Positions 18,923 through 29,013 of a stretch of DNA of 62,105 bases are shown here, in pieces. Source of the DNA: an uncultured Gammaproteobacteria bacterium (GTDB taxonomy: Bacteria > Patescibacteriota > Microgenomatia > 2-02-FULL-39-11); the NCBI GenBank assembly GCA_964520615.1, contig CAZFNL010000120.1, positions 1 through 62,105 on the forward strand, written 5' to 3'. A program made the translations under genes and the position numbers. The notes under the pieces are model-generated. The model did no database searches and had not been told where the DNA came from. It worked only from the letters and a program-made list of their open reading frames with translations. How positions within the stretch are numbered: the stretch's first letter is position 1; every line of letters starts with the position of its first letter.

Positions 18923-19621
18923 TTAAATCTTAATTTTTAAATGTTTTCCGTTTTTCTCATCCTTAATAATTTTACCGTCGCGCACGGTAATAATCCTTTT
19001 TGCAAACTTTGCAATTGATGGTTCATGCGTAATCATAATCACTGTATGTCCTTTCCTGTTCAAATCGGAAAAAATTTTCATGATCTCTTCACTTTGACTG
19101 GTTGCCAGATTTCCCGTGGGTTCATCAGCCAGAAGTATGGCAGGATCCATGGCAAGTGCTCGGGCTATAGCGACTCTCTGCTGCTGACCTCCTGAAAGCT
19201 GGTTTGAATTATGGTGTAATCTGTCTCCAAGACCGACCATTGTCAGCAACTCAGTGGCTCTTTTTTCCCTGTTCTCTTTAGGATAAGCAGCGTAAGTGAG
19301 TGGTAACATCACGTTTTTCAGTGCGGAAGTTCTGGGAAGAAGATTAAAAGCCTGAAAGACAAAACCTATTTTTTTGTTCCTGATCTCAGCCAATTCATCA
19401 TCCGTAAGTCCTTCTATATCCTGGCCGTCAAGTATATATTTACCAGAGGTGGGTGTATCAAGGGCACCAAGCATATGCATAAGCGTGGACTTTCCGCTTC
19501 CTGAAGGACCCATGATGGCAACATACTCTCCTTTGTTTACCTCAAAATTGATATCTGACAGGGCTACAGTCTGTACACCATCCATTTTGTAGATTTTGGT
19601 AAGATGCGTGACTTTGATCAT
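18923..19621 (-). CDS. ABC ATP-binding protein (MacB/LolD-like)
   Basis: GPSGSGKS, LSGGQQQR, LADEPTG. Confidence 0.93.
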   Translation of the reverse strand: MIKVTHLTKIYKMDGVQTVALSDINFEVNKGEYVAIMGPSGSGKSTLMHMLGALDTPTSGKYILDGQDIEGLTDDELAEIRNKKIGFVFQAFNLLPRTSALKNVMLPLTYAAYPKENREKRATELLTMVGLGDRLHHNSNQLSGGQQQRVAIARALAMDPAILLADEPTGNLATSQSEEIMKIFSDLNRKGHTVIMITHEPSIAKFAKRIITVRDGKIIKDEKNGKHLKIKI

Positions 19622-19694
19622 AAATTATTCCTGACATAATACTTTCTTTAATTCCCCAATTTTTTGTCTGTTTATTTTCACTTATGTTGATTTA

Positions 19695-20984
19695 TTAACC
19701 TCCACGGAATAACACTCTGCCGCCTCCTCCGCCTCCAAACCCTCTGCTGAAAGGTGAACTTCCTCCGCCAGTTGTCGTGCTTGAACCGCTTATGGTACCT
19801 GTTATTATCTGATTACCATCAGACAACCCGGATACTATTTCCGTTTGAGTATCTGATGAAATACCTGTCTGAACCGGCATGCTTACCGGATGTCCGTTCC
19901 GCAGTATCCTGACGTATGACTGGTTACCGCTTGTCTGAATTGCGGATGAAGGAACCATTAGTACATTATTCTTTGTGGCCGTTATTATATTGGCTGTTGC
20001 AGACATATTTGGTAATATATCTGCGGAAGTTGGATCTAATGTAATCGTAAGAGGATAATTAGTTACTCCACTACTCACTACACCCGTCCTGTCTACTCCG
20101 GAAACTGTTCCGGTAAAAGTCATATTTGGGAAAGCATCCAAAGTGATAGTGGCTTTTTCTCCTTCTTTTATGGTACCTACATCAATTTCCGCCACACTGA
20201 ACTGACCAGCTATGGTATTTCCGGTTGTAATTGTGGCAATTTTCTGGGACACTGCAGCACTGCTCTGACTGTTTGTCTGGGAGGCCAATGTCATACCGGG
20301 CACCAGAGTAATGTCGCCCACTATACCTGCTGCCGGAGCCGTAATAGTAGCGGAAGCAGCCTGATAATTGAGCCAGGAATTGGACAAAGCTGCCTGGTCC
20401 TGGGCGATAACATCCTGCTGGTTCTTATAATCTGCCTCAGCCTTAAGCCAGTTATCGTAAACTTCATAAAATTGCGGTAAAGTCCTGTTGGCTGTATTTG
20501 GAGAATTGTCAGAATTCTGGTATGTGGAGTTTTGTGCAGTGTCCATATATGTCTTCCAGTCTCCCATCATTGTTGACTGAAGACTGTATAGTTTGGCATT
20601 GTCCGACGCCAAACTGTTTTTTGCCGATAAATAGCTTGCGTAAGCCTGTTGCTGACGCTGTAATCCAACGGAGTCTGGCGTGACGGTCAAGAGTGTCTGT
20701 CCCTGACTAACCTTGTCACCGTTTTTCACCAGAATATCTTTTATAATTCCTGAAGCCTGGGAAGTAACAGTCATCTTACCGGATGTGGCTATCTGCCCGG
20801 AAACGGAAATTGAGGACACTATCGTACCTTTCGTAACTTTTGTTGTCTGATACTGAACAGTCTGTTGAGCTCCCTTTACTTTTTGCCAAGCAAAGAATAT
20901 AACCGCCAAAAGGAGAATAATAACAACTCCTGCTTTTAACCGGTTTTTAAAAAATTCTGAAAGAAACGTTTTTATCGTCTTCAT
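19695..20984 (-). CDS. Efflux periplasmic adaptor (MacA/HlyD-like)
   Basis: N-term TM, VKNGDKVSQGQTL, ITAPAAG, ILPNMSATA, VQTGISSD. Confidence 0.88.
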   Translation of the reverse strand: MKTIKTFLSEFFKNRLKAGVVIILLLAVIFFAWQKVKGAQQTVQYQTTKVTKGTIVSSISVSGQIATSGKMTVTSQASGIIKDILVKNGDKVSQGQTLLTVTPDSVGLQRQQQAYASYLSAKNSLASDNAKLYSLQSTMMGDWKTYMDTAQNSTYQNSDNSPNTANRTLPQFYEVYDNWLKAEADYKNQQDVIAQDQAALSNSWLNYQAASATITAPAAGIVGDITLVPGMTLASQTNSQSSAAVSQKIATITTGNTIAGQFSVAEIDVGTIKEGEKATITLDAFPNMTFTGTVSGVDRTGVVSSGVTNYPLTITLDPTSADILPNMSATANIITATKNNVLMVPSSAIQTSGNQSYVRILRNGHPVSMPVQTGISSDTQTEIVSGLSDGNQIITGTISGSSTTTGGGSSPFSRGFGGGGGGRVLFRGG

Positions 20985-21000
20985 AAAAAGGATATTAAAA

Positions 21001-21022
21001 GACTTAGCTGAGAATTAGCTTA
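21001..21022 (-). promoter_or_regulatory. 11-bp-period direct repeat, putative response-regulator box upstream of efflux operon
   Basis: Minus strand TAAGCTAATTC-TCAGCTAAGTC. Confidence 0.5.
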
Positions 21023-21207
21023 AAATAAAATTGTAGTAAGTGTATTACACATCTCCTTACTCTCTACAAAAATCATTCATGTATAAATATTGTCACATCC
21101 TGACATAAAATAAAAGCGAAAACAGATTATAAACGGATTTCTACCCTAGATAGAATAAAATTTTCCTTCAGCCCTGCAGACTTAAACCTTATAATTCCTA
21201 CAAAGAA

Positions 21208-22221
21208 TTAAAGAGGAAGAGATACGATAAATATAGTTCCTTTTCTTGGTGAACTTATAACATCAATTTTCCCGTGATAATATTCCACAATACTTTTTGC
21301 AATCGGCAATCCCAGACCATACCCACCTACTTTGTTTTTTTCCCTGGACATGTCAGCCCTGTAAAAACGGTTGAATATATAAGGGAGGTCACTGGCTTTA
21401 ATACCTATACCATTGTCTTTTATCTGTACTGTTACTTTTTTTCCTTCAGTTTTTACTTTCACTAAAACAATGCTTCCTAAAGGACTGTACTTGACGGCGT
21501 TATCCATAAATATAGTAAATAATTCAATTAGGCTGACTTCTTCTGCCGAAACCTCAATTTGTGTACTCTCTATCTTAATTTGGATCCTTTTCTTTCTGGC
21601 AAGAGGCAAAACATTCCCTTTTGCCTTTTCAAGAATCTCAAGTAGCTTTATTTTTCTCATATCCAGACTCAGTCTTGTATCCTCATATCTGGATAATGTC
21701 AGAAGATGGTCAGATAACGACTGCAATTTTGCCACTTCTTCTAAATTGCTCTTTATTTGGTTTTTGGCTTGGGAAAGATCTAATTTAGTATCCCGCAAAG
21801 CTACTTCTGACTCAGTCTTCAGAACAGTAAGAGGAGTACGCAGTTCGTGTGAAGCGTCTGCTATAAATCTTTTTTGCTCATCTACCATCTCTTCAATCGG
21901 AACCAGCGTTCTACCTGCCAAGAAATAACCAGCTATTCCACTTACCAAAACAATAGCTGCATCTATAAGAATAAGATTTAACCTGATCCTTGTAAGCTCA
22001 TCTTTAAGAATTTGTGTATCTGCGGGATATAAAAAAAGGGTAATATCGGGATTCAAAACTCGTTCAGGCCTTTCAATTCTAAGCCTCTGCAATCTCAAAC
22101 CCCTATCAAGCTCATGACTCAAAACCCTATATATTGCTACACTGAAAACGCTGCTTATCAAAAATATGACAAAGACATAAAAAAGTGTTAGCTTTAATCT
22201 GGCTGAATAAAACATTTGCAT
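21208..22221 (-). CDS. Sensor histidine kinase (HisKA/HATPase)
   Basis: ADASHELRTP, DNAVKYS, DNGIGI, GYGLGL. Confidence 0.95.
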   Translation of the reverse strand: MQMFYSARLKLTLFYVFVIFLISSVFSVAIYRVLSHELDRGLRLQRLRIERPERVLNPDITLFLYPADTQILKDELTRIRLNLILIDAAIVLVSGIAGYFLAGRTLVPIEEMVDEQKRFIADASHELRTPLTVLKTESEVALRDTKLDLSQAKNQIKSNLEEVAKLQSLSDHLLTLSRYEDTRLSLDMRKIKLLEILEKAKGNVLPLARKKRIQIKIESTQIEVSAEEVSLIELFTIFMDNAVKYSPLGSIVLVKVKTEGKKVTVQIKDNGIGIKASDLPYIFNRFYRADMSREKNKVGGYGLGLPIAKSIVEYYHGKIDVISSPRKGTIFIVSLPL

Positions 22222-22290
22222 ATATTTAATTTATATCTATCGCAGTAATTTTTTTACATTAGTAAATTTTAGTTTTCCGTCATTTGATTT

Positions 22291-22968
22291 TTATTTTGTA
22301 CCGATTTTGTACCCAAATCCCCGAATTGTTTGGATTAATTCTTTTTTATTCTTAAAAGGCTTATCTATTTTATTGCGCAGATAACCTATATAGACCTCGA
22401 CTGTATTTGGTAATATATCCGCATCATAATTCCAGACATTTCCTATAATTTGGTCTTTTGTCAAAATCTTCCCCTGATGCCGTAACAGGTATTCCAAAAG
22501 AGCAAATTCTTTCCTGGAAAGACTGATTATTATCCCATCCCTTTTTACTTCAAATGTATTGGTATCCAAAGTAAGCCCGTCAATTGAAAGTATCGTACTT
22601 ATAGTATTTTTGGGCCTCCTATTCAAAGCTTTCACTCTCGCTAAAAGTTCCAGGAATGCAAATGGTTTTGTAAGATAATCATCTGCACCAAGACGGAAAC
22701 CTTTTAATTTTTCCTCAAGCTGCCCCCTGGCAGTCAACATCAGAACCGGGGTATGATTGTTACTTTCACGCAACCTGCGGCAGATTTCCCAACCGTCTAT
22801 TCCGGGAAGCATAAGATCTAGAATAATTACATCGTAATCCTCACTTGCGGCTAGATCATAACCATCAGTACCGTCATAAGCAACATCTACGGCATACGAC
22901 TCCTGTTCAAGCCCTTTCTTTATGGAATTGGCAATCTTATGCTCATCCTCAACAACAAGAATTCTCAT
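22291..22968 (-). CDS. OmpR-family response regulator
   Basis: ILVVEDE, LDLMLP, GADDYLTKPF, TIRGFGY. Confidence 0.95.
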   Translation of the reverse strand: MRILVVEDEHKIANSIKKGLEQESYAVDVAYDGTDGYDLAASEDYDVIILDLMLPGIDGWEICRRLRESNNHTPVLMLTARGQLEEKLKGFRLGADDYLTKPFAFLELLARVKALNRRPKNTISTILSIDGLTLDTNTFEVKRDGIIISLSRKEFALLEYLLRHQGKILTKDQIIGNVWNYDADILPNTVEVYIGYLRNKIDKPFKNKKELIQTIRGFGYKIGTK

Positions 22969-22986
22969 TTGGGAAATTATATCAGT

Positions 22987-23019
22987 ATAAAGCTGAGAAA
23001 CAACTTAGAATTATCTAAG
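22987..23019 (-). promoter_or_regulatory. 11-bp-period repeat upstream of response regulator, putative autoregulatory box
   Basis: Minus strand TTAGATAATTC-TAAGTTGTTTC-TCAGCTTTATA; shares TTCTCAGCT with 21001-21022. Confidence 0.45.
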
Positions 23020-23027
23020 ACTGGTTA

Positions 23028-23351
23028 TTATCCTTCTAATGAATGATCTAATACCAACTTCACCAATTCTCCATTTTTAATTTTATTCTTTTTTACATCA
23101 CCGGCAGGCATTTCAACTATCTTGTCATAAACAGGATTCCAAAAAAAAACGTTATTCGGTTGCATATTTTCTTTGACTTTAACAATATTGTTTTCCCTCG
23201 AAAGCACAAGAACATCTATGGGAAATCCCACACCAAAAGTATGAATGCCAAAGCGGGTATTCAAGTATACGGTTTGAGGATGTTTTTCACCAATAAGTCC
23301 CACCGTCTTCTGCAAGGAATTTTTCAGGTATTTAGCCTTTAACACAATCAT
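23028..23351 (-). CDS. DUF192-like protein
   Basis: GIHTFGVGFPIDVL, IVEMPAG. Confidence 0.7.
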   Translation of the reverse strand: MIVLKAKYLKNSLQKTVGLIGEKHPQTVYLNTRFGIHTFGVGFPIDVLVLSRENNIVKVKENMQPNNVFFWNPVYDKIVEMPAGDVKKNKIKNGELVKLVLDHSLEG

Positions 23352-23355
23352 TAAT

Positions 23356-24129
23356 TTATCTAACTACCAAAAACCAAAAAGCAAGCGACATGACGATTCT
23401 ATATACTCCAAACTGGATAAAATTATGTGTTTTAATATACTTCATGAAGTATTTAATCGTCATGTAAGCTGTGATAAATGACCCGACAAATCCTATGGAT
23501 AGAAGAGTAAATTCCTGACTGGTAAAATGTGCATGACTTTTTACCAGGTCAAGTCCTGTAGCAGCCATCATGGTGGGTACAGCCAGAAGAAAAGAAAACT
23601 CCACTGCAGTTTTTCTCTTGAGTCCCAGATATAAACCTCCGAATATGGTGGCAGCAGATCTAGACACTCCTGGAACCATAGCGATCGACTGGAAAAGCCC
23701 GATAAGAAAAGCCTGTTTATATGTAATTTTTTCCATTTCCTCAATATGGAAATCTTTTTCTTTATGTAATTTTTCCAAAATAATCAGGGCTATTCCTCCC
23801 AAAAAAAGAGACGTTAAAACTACTGATGTATTTCCGAGAAGATAATTCTTTATCAGCTTAAACAAAGTCAAGCCCAAAATACCCGTAGGTATAAAAGCGA
23901 TTAACACCCTCTCCCAAACTTTTATGCTATGAAGAAGCGTATCACGATATAGTAAAACCACAGATAAGATAGCCCCCAACTGTATAAAGATCTCAAAGCT
24001 CTTCTGAAAGTCAGTCTGAGGAATCCTTAATATATCACTGGCCAATATCAGGTGCCCCGTCGAAGATATAGGAAGGAACTCCGAAACGCCTTCAACAATT
24101 GATAATATAACCGCAAAAATATAATGCAT
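23356..24129 (-). CDS. uppP: Undecaprenyl-diphosphate phosphatase
   Basis: EGVSEFLPISSTGHL, PGVSRSAAT, FSFLLAVP. Confidence 0.95.
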   Translation of the reverse strand: MHYIFAVILSIVEGVSEFLPISSTGHLILASDILRIPQTDFQKSFEIFIQLGAILSVVLLYRDTLLHSIKVWERVLIAFIPTGILGLTLFKLIKNYLLGNTSVVLTSLFLGGIALIILEKLHKEKDFHIEEMEKITYKQAFLIGLFQSIAMVPGVSRSAATIFGGLYLGLKRKTAVEFSFLLAVPTMMAATGLDLVKSHAHFTSQEFTLLSIGFVGSFITAYMTIKYFMKYIKTHNFIQFGVYRIVMSLAFWFLVVR

Positions 24130-24225
24130 AATTTAAGCTCCTTATGCAATAATTTAACAATACCTGGAATAATAATGCAACCGGCTAAACGGAATATAAG
24201 AGTGGTTTATTATATAATTCAAGTA

Positions 24226-24984
24226 ATGAACAGATATCTCCAGTTAATTTCCAGAGATACTAGAGTTGAAATATTTTCCATTCTTGTTCTTCTCTGGATT
24301 ACCGTAGTATTAAGAAATCCCAAGTGGGAAAATATTATATTTCCTATTCTCTCAGTTATTATTTTCGTACTTCTTGATCTGGTATTTATATTTTTAACAA
24401 AAAAGAAATTGTTTTATCCATTTTCATCGCTGGTATCAGGACTTCTTATTGGACTTATTATAAGCCCAAAAGAAGGAATAATAACCATAGTATTGGTTGT
24501 TCTTGCGGCATTTCTATCTAAACATTTTATAAAACTGAAAAACAGGCATATATTTAATCCTGCAGCCTTTGGCATTCTGTCAATTTCACTCTTAAAACTA
24601 CATTCTATCGCATCATGGTGGTCTGTAGCAGAGGGAGGTCCTTCACTAATAATCATATTATTATCACTTCCTATTCTTTTCAGGCTAAAAAGAGTACAAA
24701 TGCCGTTTCTTTTTCTTTTTGGTTATTTTCTTTTTCAACTTTTCTTCCAAAATATCCATACTGCAATCACACTGACTTTGGATGGTTCCATTTTCCTTTT
24801 CTCATTTATCATGCTACCTGAACCCATGACATCAACTGCCTCTGGAGCATGGAAGTATAGTTTTGGATTTTTGGTTATGATTATTTTTATCCTACTTTAC
24901 CCACTACATATTTCCTTTTTAGACCCTTTACTTCTCTCACTTTTATTCTGTAACTTTATAACTAAAATAGTCACGAAAAACTAA
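24226..24984 (+). CDS. RnfD/NqrB-like membrane protein, stand-alone
   Basis: HIFNPAAFG, FIMLPEPMTS; no other rnf/nqr genes in window. Confidence 0.6.
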   Translation: MNRYLQLISRDTRVEIFSILVLLWITVVLRNPKWENIIFPILSVIIFVLLDLVFIFLTKKKLFYPFSSLVSGLLIGLIISPKEGIITIVLVVLAAFLSKHFIKLKNRHIFNPAAFGILSISLLKLHSIASWWSVAEGGPSLIIILLSLPILFRLKRVQMPFLFLFGYFLFQLFFQNIHTAITLTLDGSIFLFSFIMLPEPMTSTASGAWKYSFGFLVMIIFILLYPLHISFLDPLLLSLLFCNFITKIVTKN

Positions 24985-25046
24985 ATAAATCTAAATAAAA
25001 TTAATTCCTTGCGCTAAGTTCAAATAGTACAATAAAATATCACAAT

Positions 25047-25892
25047 ATGCCTCCAAATTTTGGGAAGATTGCACTTTTAGGTTCAGGTGAAACTGCACCT
25101 TCCGGCAAGAAAATACTGCGAAGAATCATGCAACAGGAAAGAAAAAAGTATAAAGTTGCCATATTGGAAACTCCTGCAGGTTTTCAGCCAAATACAGAAT
25201 ACGTTGCCGGAGAAATAAAAAATATATTCGACTTCAGCCTCAAAGAATTCATTGCTAGTGTTTCCGTCATTCCTGCTAGAAATAAAAAAGGCATTCTTAG
25301 CCCAAATAACAAAAATATACTTGAACCTCTATTAACCGCTGATTTTATATTCATGGGTCCCGGCAGCCCGACATATACTGTAAGACAGCTAAAGGGATCT
25401 CTTGCCTTGAAATTTATCCATTCCATCTGGAAAAACGGAAAAACGTTATGTCTCTCAAGCGCAGGTGCTTTAGCAGCGGGAAAATTCACTCTTCCGGTAT
25501 ATGAGATTTATAAGGCCGGCTTTAATCTTTACTGGGAGGATGGATTGGACATATTCAGGGAAACTGGTTTTACGAATACGACAATCATAACCCACTGGAA
25601 TAATAAAGAGGGAGGAAAACATCTTGATACACGGTATTGTTATATGGGGAAAGAAAGATTTACAAGACTCAAAGAAATTCTCCCTTCTGAAGCGCTAATT
25701 ATCGGCATTGACGAACATTCCGCTCTCCTCATTGATTTTCCTAATAGGAAATTATCGGTTGAAGGTCTAGGGAAAGTTACTCTATTTTATAATGGTTCAT
25801 CAAACAAAATTGTAATTGAACATGGACAAACATTAGAAATTGGTTCAATCCTCAATACAAACAATTCAAAAAATAGATTATTTCAAACTTAA
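25047..25892 (+). CDS. Cyanophycinase/peptidase S51-like (class I GATase-like) protein
   Basis: LLGSGE, FMGPGSP, SSAGA, IGIDEHSAL. Confidence 0.7.
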   Translation: MPPNFGKIALLGSGETAPSGKKILRRIMQQERKKYKVAILETPAGFQPNTEYVAGEIKNIFDFSLKEFIASVSVIPARNKKGILSPNNKNILEPLLTADFIFMGPGSPTYTVRQLKGSLALKFIHSIWKNGKTLCLSSAGALAAGKFTLPVYEIYKAGFNLYWEDGLDIFRETGFTNTTIITHWNNKEGGKHLDTRYCYMGKERFTRLKEILPSEALIIGIDEHSALLIDFPNRKLSVEGLGKVTLFYNGSSNKIVIEHGQTLEIGSILNTNNSKNRLFQT

Positions 25893-26474
25893 TATATTCA
25901 TAACTCTTTTAGTTAGTGTTGGAAAAGGTCGTGAAGTTACACAAGGAATATGGTATTTTACAGCTTCGTGATAAATCTCTATTCCGTTTAAATAAGCGTG
26001 AAGAATTTGATTTTTGAAAATAATACTTTTCTCATCAAACAAGTTATCACGCCTCCTTATATTTTCTTCAGTCATCTCTTTCTTTCCTTCATAAAGACAA
26101 ACGGACCGGATTGGCAAAGATAATTTATTAAGCTTTACAATAAAATTCGGCAGTAAATCGTCTCCTTCAATAATAAATCCTTTTTCCTTCCTTTTTAGCT
26201 GTTGAAAATCCTTCATAAACTCTACCCAAGTGAATAAGCTCACTTCTTTATGTATTTTAAGAAGTTCTTTTTGGGGAAATTTCATATAGCTATTTTCATC
26301 AAGAAGACGGCAAATAGGAAAATGGCTATGTTTTGATTTATTTTGCAGGTTGACCCGATATGTATCAGTATGAAAAAGAGGCAAACCCAGATCATCTGAC
26401 AATGCTTTAGCCAATGTTGATTTACCAGTCCCTGATCCGCCAAGTATAAAAATCGTCGTTCTTTTGGCTAACAT
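25878..26474 (-). CDS. P-loop kinase-like protein
   Basis: ILGGSGTGKS, IIEG. Confidence 0.65.
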   Translation of the reverse strand: MLAKRTTIFILGGSGTGKSTLAKALSDDLGLPLFHTDTYRVNLQNKSKHSHFPICRLLDENSYMKFPQKELLKIHKEVSLFTWVEFMKDFQQLKRKEKGFIIEGDDLLPNFIVKLNKLSLPIRSVCLYEGKKEMTEENIRRRDNLFDEKSIIFKNQILHAYLNGIEIYHEAVKYHIPCVTSRPFPTLTKRVMNILSLK

Positions 26475-26527
26475 ATATCAATTATCACACGCAAAACTAC
26501 ACAAGTTAAAGTAGTATAATTTGAAAC

Positions 26528-27148
26528 ATGTTACCTATAAGGAAAAAAATCGTTCTATTTGATATTGACGGAACATTATTTGATTCCAGGTTTTTTGGGG
26601 AAAAGGTCAGAATACAGTTTTCCAAAACATTAAAAATAGACCCAGCACGGATAGAAAAAGTGTCTTCAAAATATTTTGAAAATCTGGAGTCAGGTACCGA
26701 TTTCAACCCGCAGACTTTTATTGAATTTTTAGAAGGTAAATTTTCCATAAACAACGCAATACTCTGGAAAATTTTTTGGGGAAATAAGGAAAACTATAAA
26801 AAGGCACTTTATCCAGAGGTAACAAAAACATTATGCCAACTGGCAGCAAACAATAAATTAGGCATATATTCGCAGGGGTTCAGAAAGTTTCAATTGCACA
26901 AATTGTCTCAATCGGGTATTCTCGACTTTTTCCAAAAAGAATACATCTTTATTTCCAGAAGAAAGTTGAGACCATCCCTTATCAAGTCAATGCCAGAGAG
27001 TAGCGTAATTGTGGATAATCACCCTGGTGTCGTTGAAAAACTGAATTTTGCAAAACGCTTCAATATAATTTGGCTCAATAGAATCTCTAATGAGAAAATA
27101 GTAAGTATCCAAACAATTCAAAAACTAGATGATTTGATTACTTTCTAA
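26528..27148 (+). CDS. HAD-family hydrolase
   Basis: LFDIDGTL, SQG, VDNH. Confidence 0.8.
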   Translation: MLPIRKKIVLFDIDGTLFDSRFFGEKVRIQFSKTLKIDPARIEKVSSKYFENLESGTDFNPQTFIEFLEGKFSINNAILWKIFWGNKENYKKALYPEVTKTLCQLAANNKLGIYSQGFRKFQLHKLSQSGILDFFQKEYIFISRRKLRPSLIKSMPESSVIVDNHPGVVEKLNFAKRFNIIWLNRISNEKIVSIQTIQKLDDLITF

Positions 27149-27165
27149 AATCAGGTAAGAATAGG

Positions 27166-27420
27166 TTATTTCTTTGAGGATTTTTTTATTTTTGTCTTCT
27201 TTTCCGGGTTCTCTTCGGCTAAATTACTATCCAATTCCTCATCAGCAGTAGTCAAAATGGCAAAAAGTATAAATCCGGCAAAAATAGGCATAATGAGCGT
27301 AAATCTAGTCACCTCATCAGGCACTTTCCACAAAACCCCCAGACTCAAGACTATCCCGATTACTGCCGCCCAGACTATAGATCTGTTATTTTTATAAAAA
27401 TCATTCCACCACTTTTGCAT
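27166..27420 (-). CDS. Small 2-TM protein
   Basis: 84-aa ORF, two hydrophobic helices, charged tail. Confidence 0.6.
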   Translation of the reverse strand: MQKWWNDFYKNNRSIVWAAVIGIVLSLGVLWKVPDEVTRFTLIMPIFAGFILFAILTTADEELDSNLAEENPEKKTKIKKSSKK

Positions 27421-27483
27421 ACTATCAATATCCTATTCTAACAATGTATAATTGTCAAGAAGTTACAACGATAAGAAATAACT

Positions 27484-28347
27484 ATGAAATCAGGTTATGT
27501 AGCGATTGTCGGCCGACCAAACAGCGGCAAATCAACGTTGCTGAATAACATTTTGGGTCATAAGGTCTCCATCACCTCACCAAAACCTCAAACTACAAGA
27601 TTTCCCATTCAGGCTGTCTATGAAGACGATAGAGGACAAATAATCTTCATCGACACTCCGGGAGTCTTTGGGAAAGTTCATGACCCGTTGTCTAAATCCA
27701 TTAATCCCATGGCCCAAGAGACATTGTCACAAGGACCGGACGTGGTAGTATATCTAGCTGATCACACTAGAGACCGCGATATGGAAGAAAATAAATCGTT
27801 GGGTTTGGTACGGAATATCAATACTCCTAAAATTTTGGCAATAAATAAGATTGATATTAAAAAACCTACATACCTACCCCACTATAAATTCATGGAAGAA
27901 GAATTTGACAAAACTGTAATGATATCCGGGCTTTACAAGAATAACTTGAATTACCTGCTTGATGCAATTTTTGAACTTTTACCTGAAGGAAAAAAAATAG
28001 TAAATGCTACCGATAGACCGACTCCAGCTCTTAATATAGACAGTAAAATATACATTGCAGAAATTGTGAGAGAAAAAGCCTTTCTTTTTTTACGCAAGGA
28101 AGTGCCCTATTCTCTGACGTGCCTCGTGGATGAGATAACTCACCGTAATAACAATATGGTATATATAAAGGCACGAATTATTACTTCAGCAGACAGGTAT
28201 AAAAAAATGATTATTGGAGAAAACGGCCGGATGGTTAAGGAAATCGGTATGGCTGCAAGAAAAGAGTTGGAAACAGCCACTAACCAGAAAGTTTATATCA
28301 ATATTCAGGTAGAAACAAACCCTCACTGGATTGACCAATTAACTTAA
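27484..28347 (+). CDS. era: GTPase Era
   Basis: GRPNSGKS, PQTTR, DTPG, NKID, KH-like IIGENG. Confidence 0.96.
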   Translation: MKSGYVAIVGRPNSGKSTLLNNILGHKVSITSPKPQTTRFPIQAVYEDDRGQIIFIDTPGVFGKVHDPLSKSINPMAQETLSQGPDVVVYLADHTRDRDMEENKSLGLVRNINTPKILAINKIDIKKPTYLPHYKFMEEEFDKTVMISGLYKNNLNYLLDAIFELLPEGKKIVNATDRPTPALNIDSKIYIAEIVREKAFLFLRKEVPYSLTCLVDEITHRNNNMVYIKARIITSADRYKKMIIGENGRMVKEIGMAARKELETATNQKVYINIQVETNPHWIDQLT

Positions 28348-28371
28348 ACTCAATAGTTTATACCTGTACTT
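28339..28371 (-). pseudogene. Recoded duplicate of the rdgB C-terminus (KYRYKLLSLS*)
   Basis: Aligns to 28414-28446 (KCRNKLLSLY*), offset 75. Confidence 0.6.
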
Positions 28372-28413
28372 CCCAATTAGTACGTTCATGGAAATTTGAC
28401 TTGCCGGTTAAAG

Positions 28414-29004
28414 TCAGTATAAACTCAAAAGCTTGTTCCGACATTTCAATAGCGCGCGGGCTCTGTGACTAACGTTGTTTTTTTCCGCTGGTGACGCTTC
28501 AGCATTAATTTTTTCTAAATCAAAATTATAGAAAATCGGATCGTACCCGAAACCATTTTTACCGCTTGGCTTTTGTGTAATACATCCTTCACTTTCCCCT
28601 CGGAATGTAAAAACCTTGTCTTCTTGAGGATTATAAAGAGCAACAACGGCTATAAATCTGGCTGTTCTTTTCTTTTTCGGGATACCTGACATTTCCTTTA
28701 ATACCTTTTTAACCCTATCTTCATCAGTTCCCATCGTATATCTAGCAGAATAAATTCCCGGTTTTCCACCAAGGGCATCCACCTCCAAACCAGAATCATC
28801 TGCCAAAGTCATTAGTCCCGTCTTTCTCCCGATTGTTCTGGCCTTAAGTACGGCATTTTCCTCAAATGTTTTACCTGTTTCTTTCACATCAGTATCATCT
28901 CCGAAATCCGAAAGAGACAAAATATCAAAAGGAAGGCCGGAGAATATTTCTTTTATTTCCCGCATTTTACCGGGATTTTTGGAGGCAATCAGAATCTTAG
29001 ACAT
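28414..29004 (-). CDS. rdgB: Non-canonical purine NTP pyrophosphatase
   Basis: SKNPGK, ETGKTFEENA, DDSGL, GFGYDPIF, SHRARA. Confidence 0.95.
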   Translation of the reverse strand: MSKILIASKNPGKMREIKEIFSGLPFDILSLSDFGDDTDVKETGKTFEENAVLKARTIGRKTGLMTLADDSGLEVDALGGKPGIYSARYTMGTDEDRVKKVLKEMSGIPKKKRTARFIAVVALYNPQEDKVFTFRGESEGCITQKPSGKNGFGYDPIFYNFDLEKINAEASPAEKNNVSHRARALLKCRNKLLSLY

Positions 29005-29013
29005 AACGTATAC

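Noticed and set aside
21031-21069. Imperfect nested stem-loop upstream of efflux operon
   Set aside because: Weak, bulged, no U-tract and no riboswitch motif recognised.
21127-21168. Possible fifth shadow after the histidine kinase (FILS vs FIVS, offset 72)
   Set aside because: Only 4 codons match, stop is not aligned, AT-rich; compatible with chance.
24226-24984. Rnf/Nqr respiratory complex
   Set aside because: Only a lone D/B-like membrane subunit; partner subunits absent from window.
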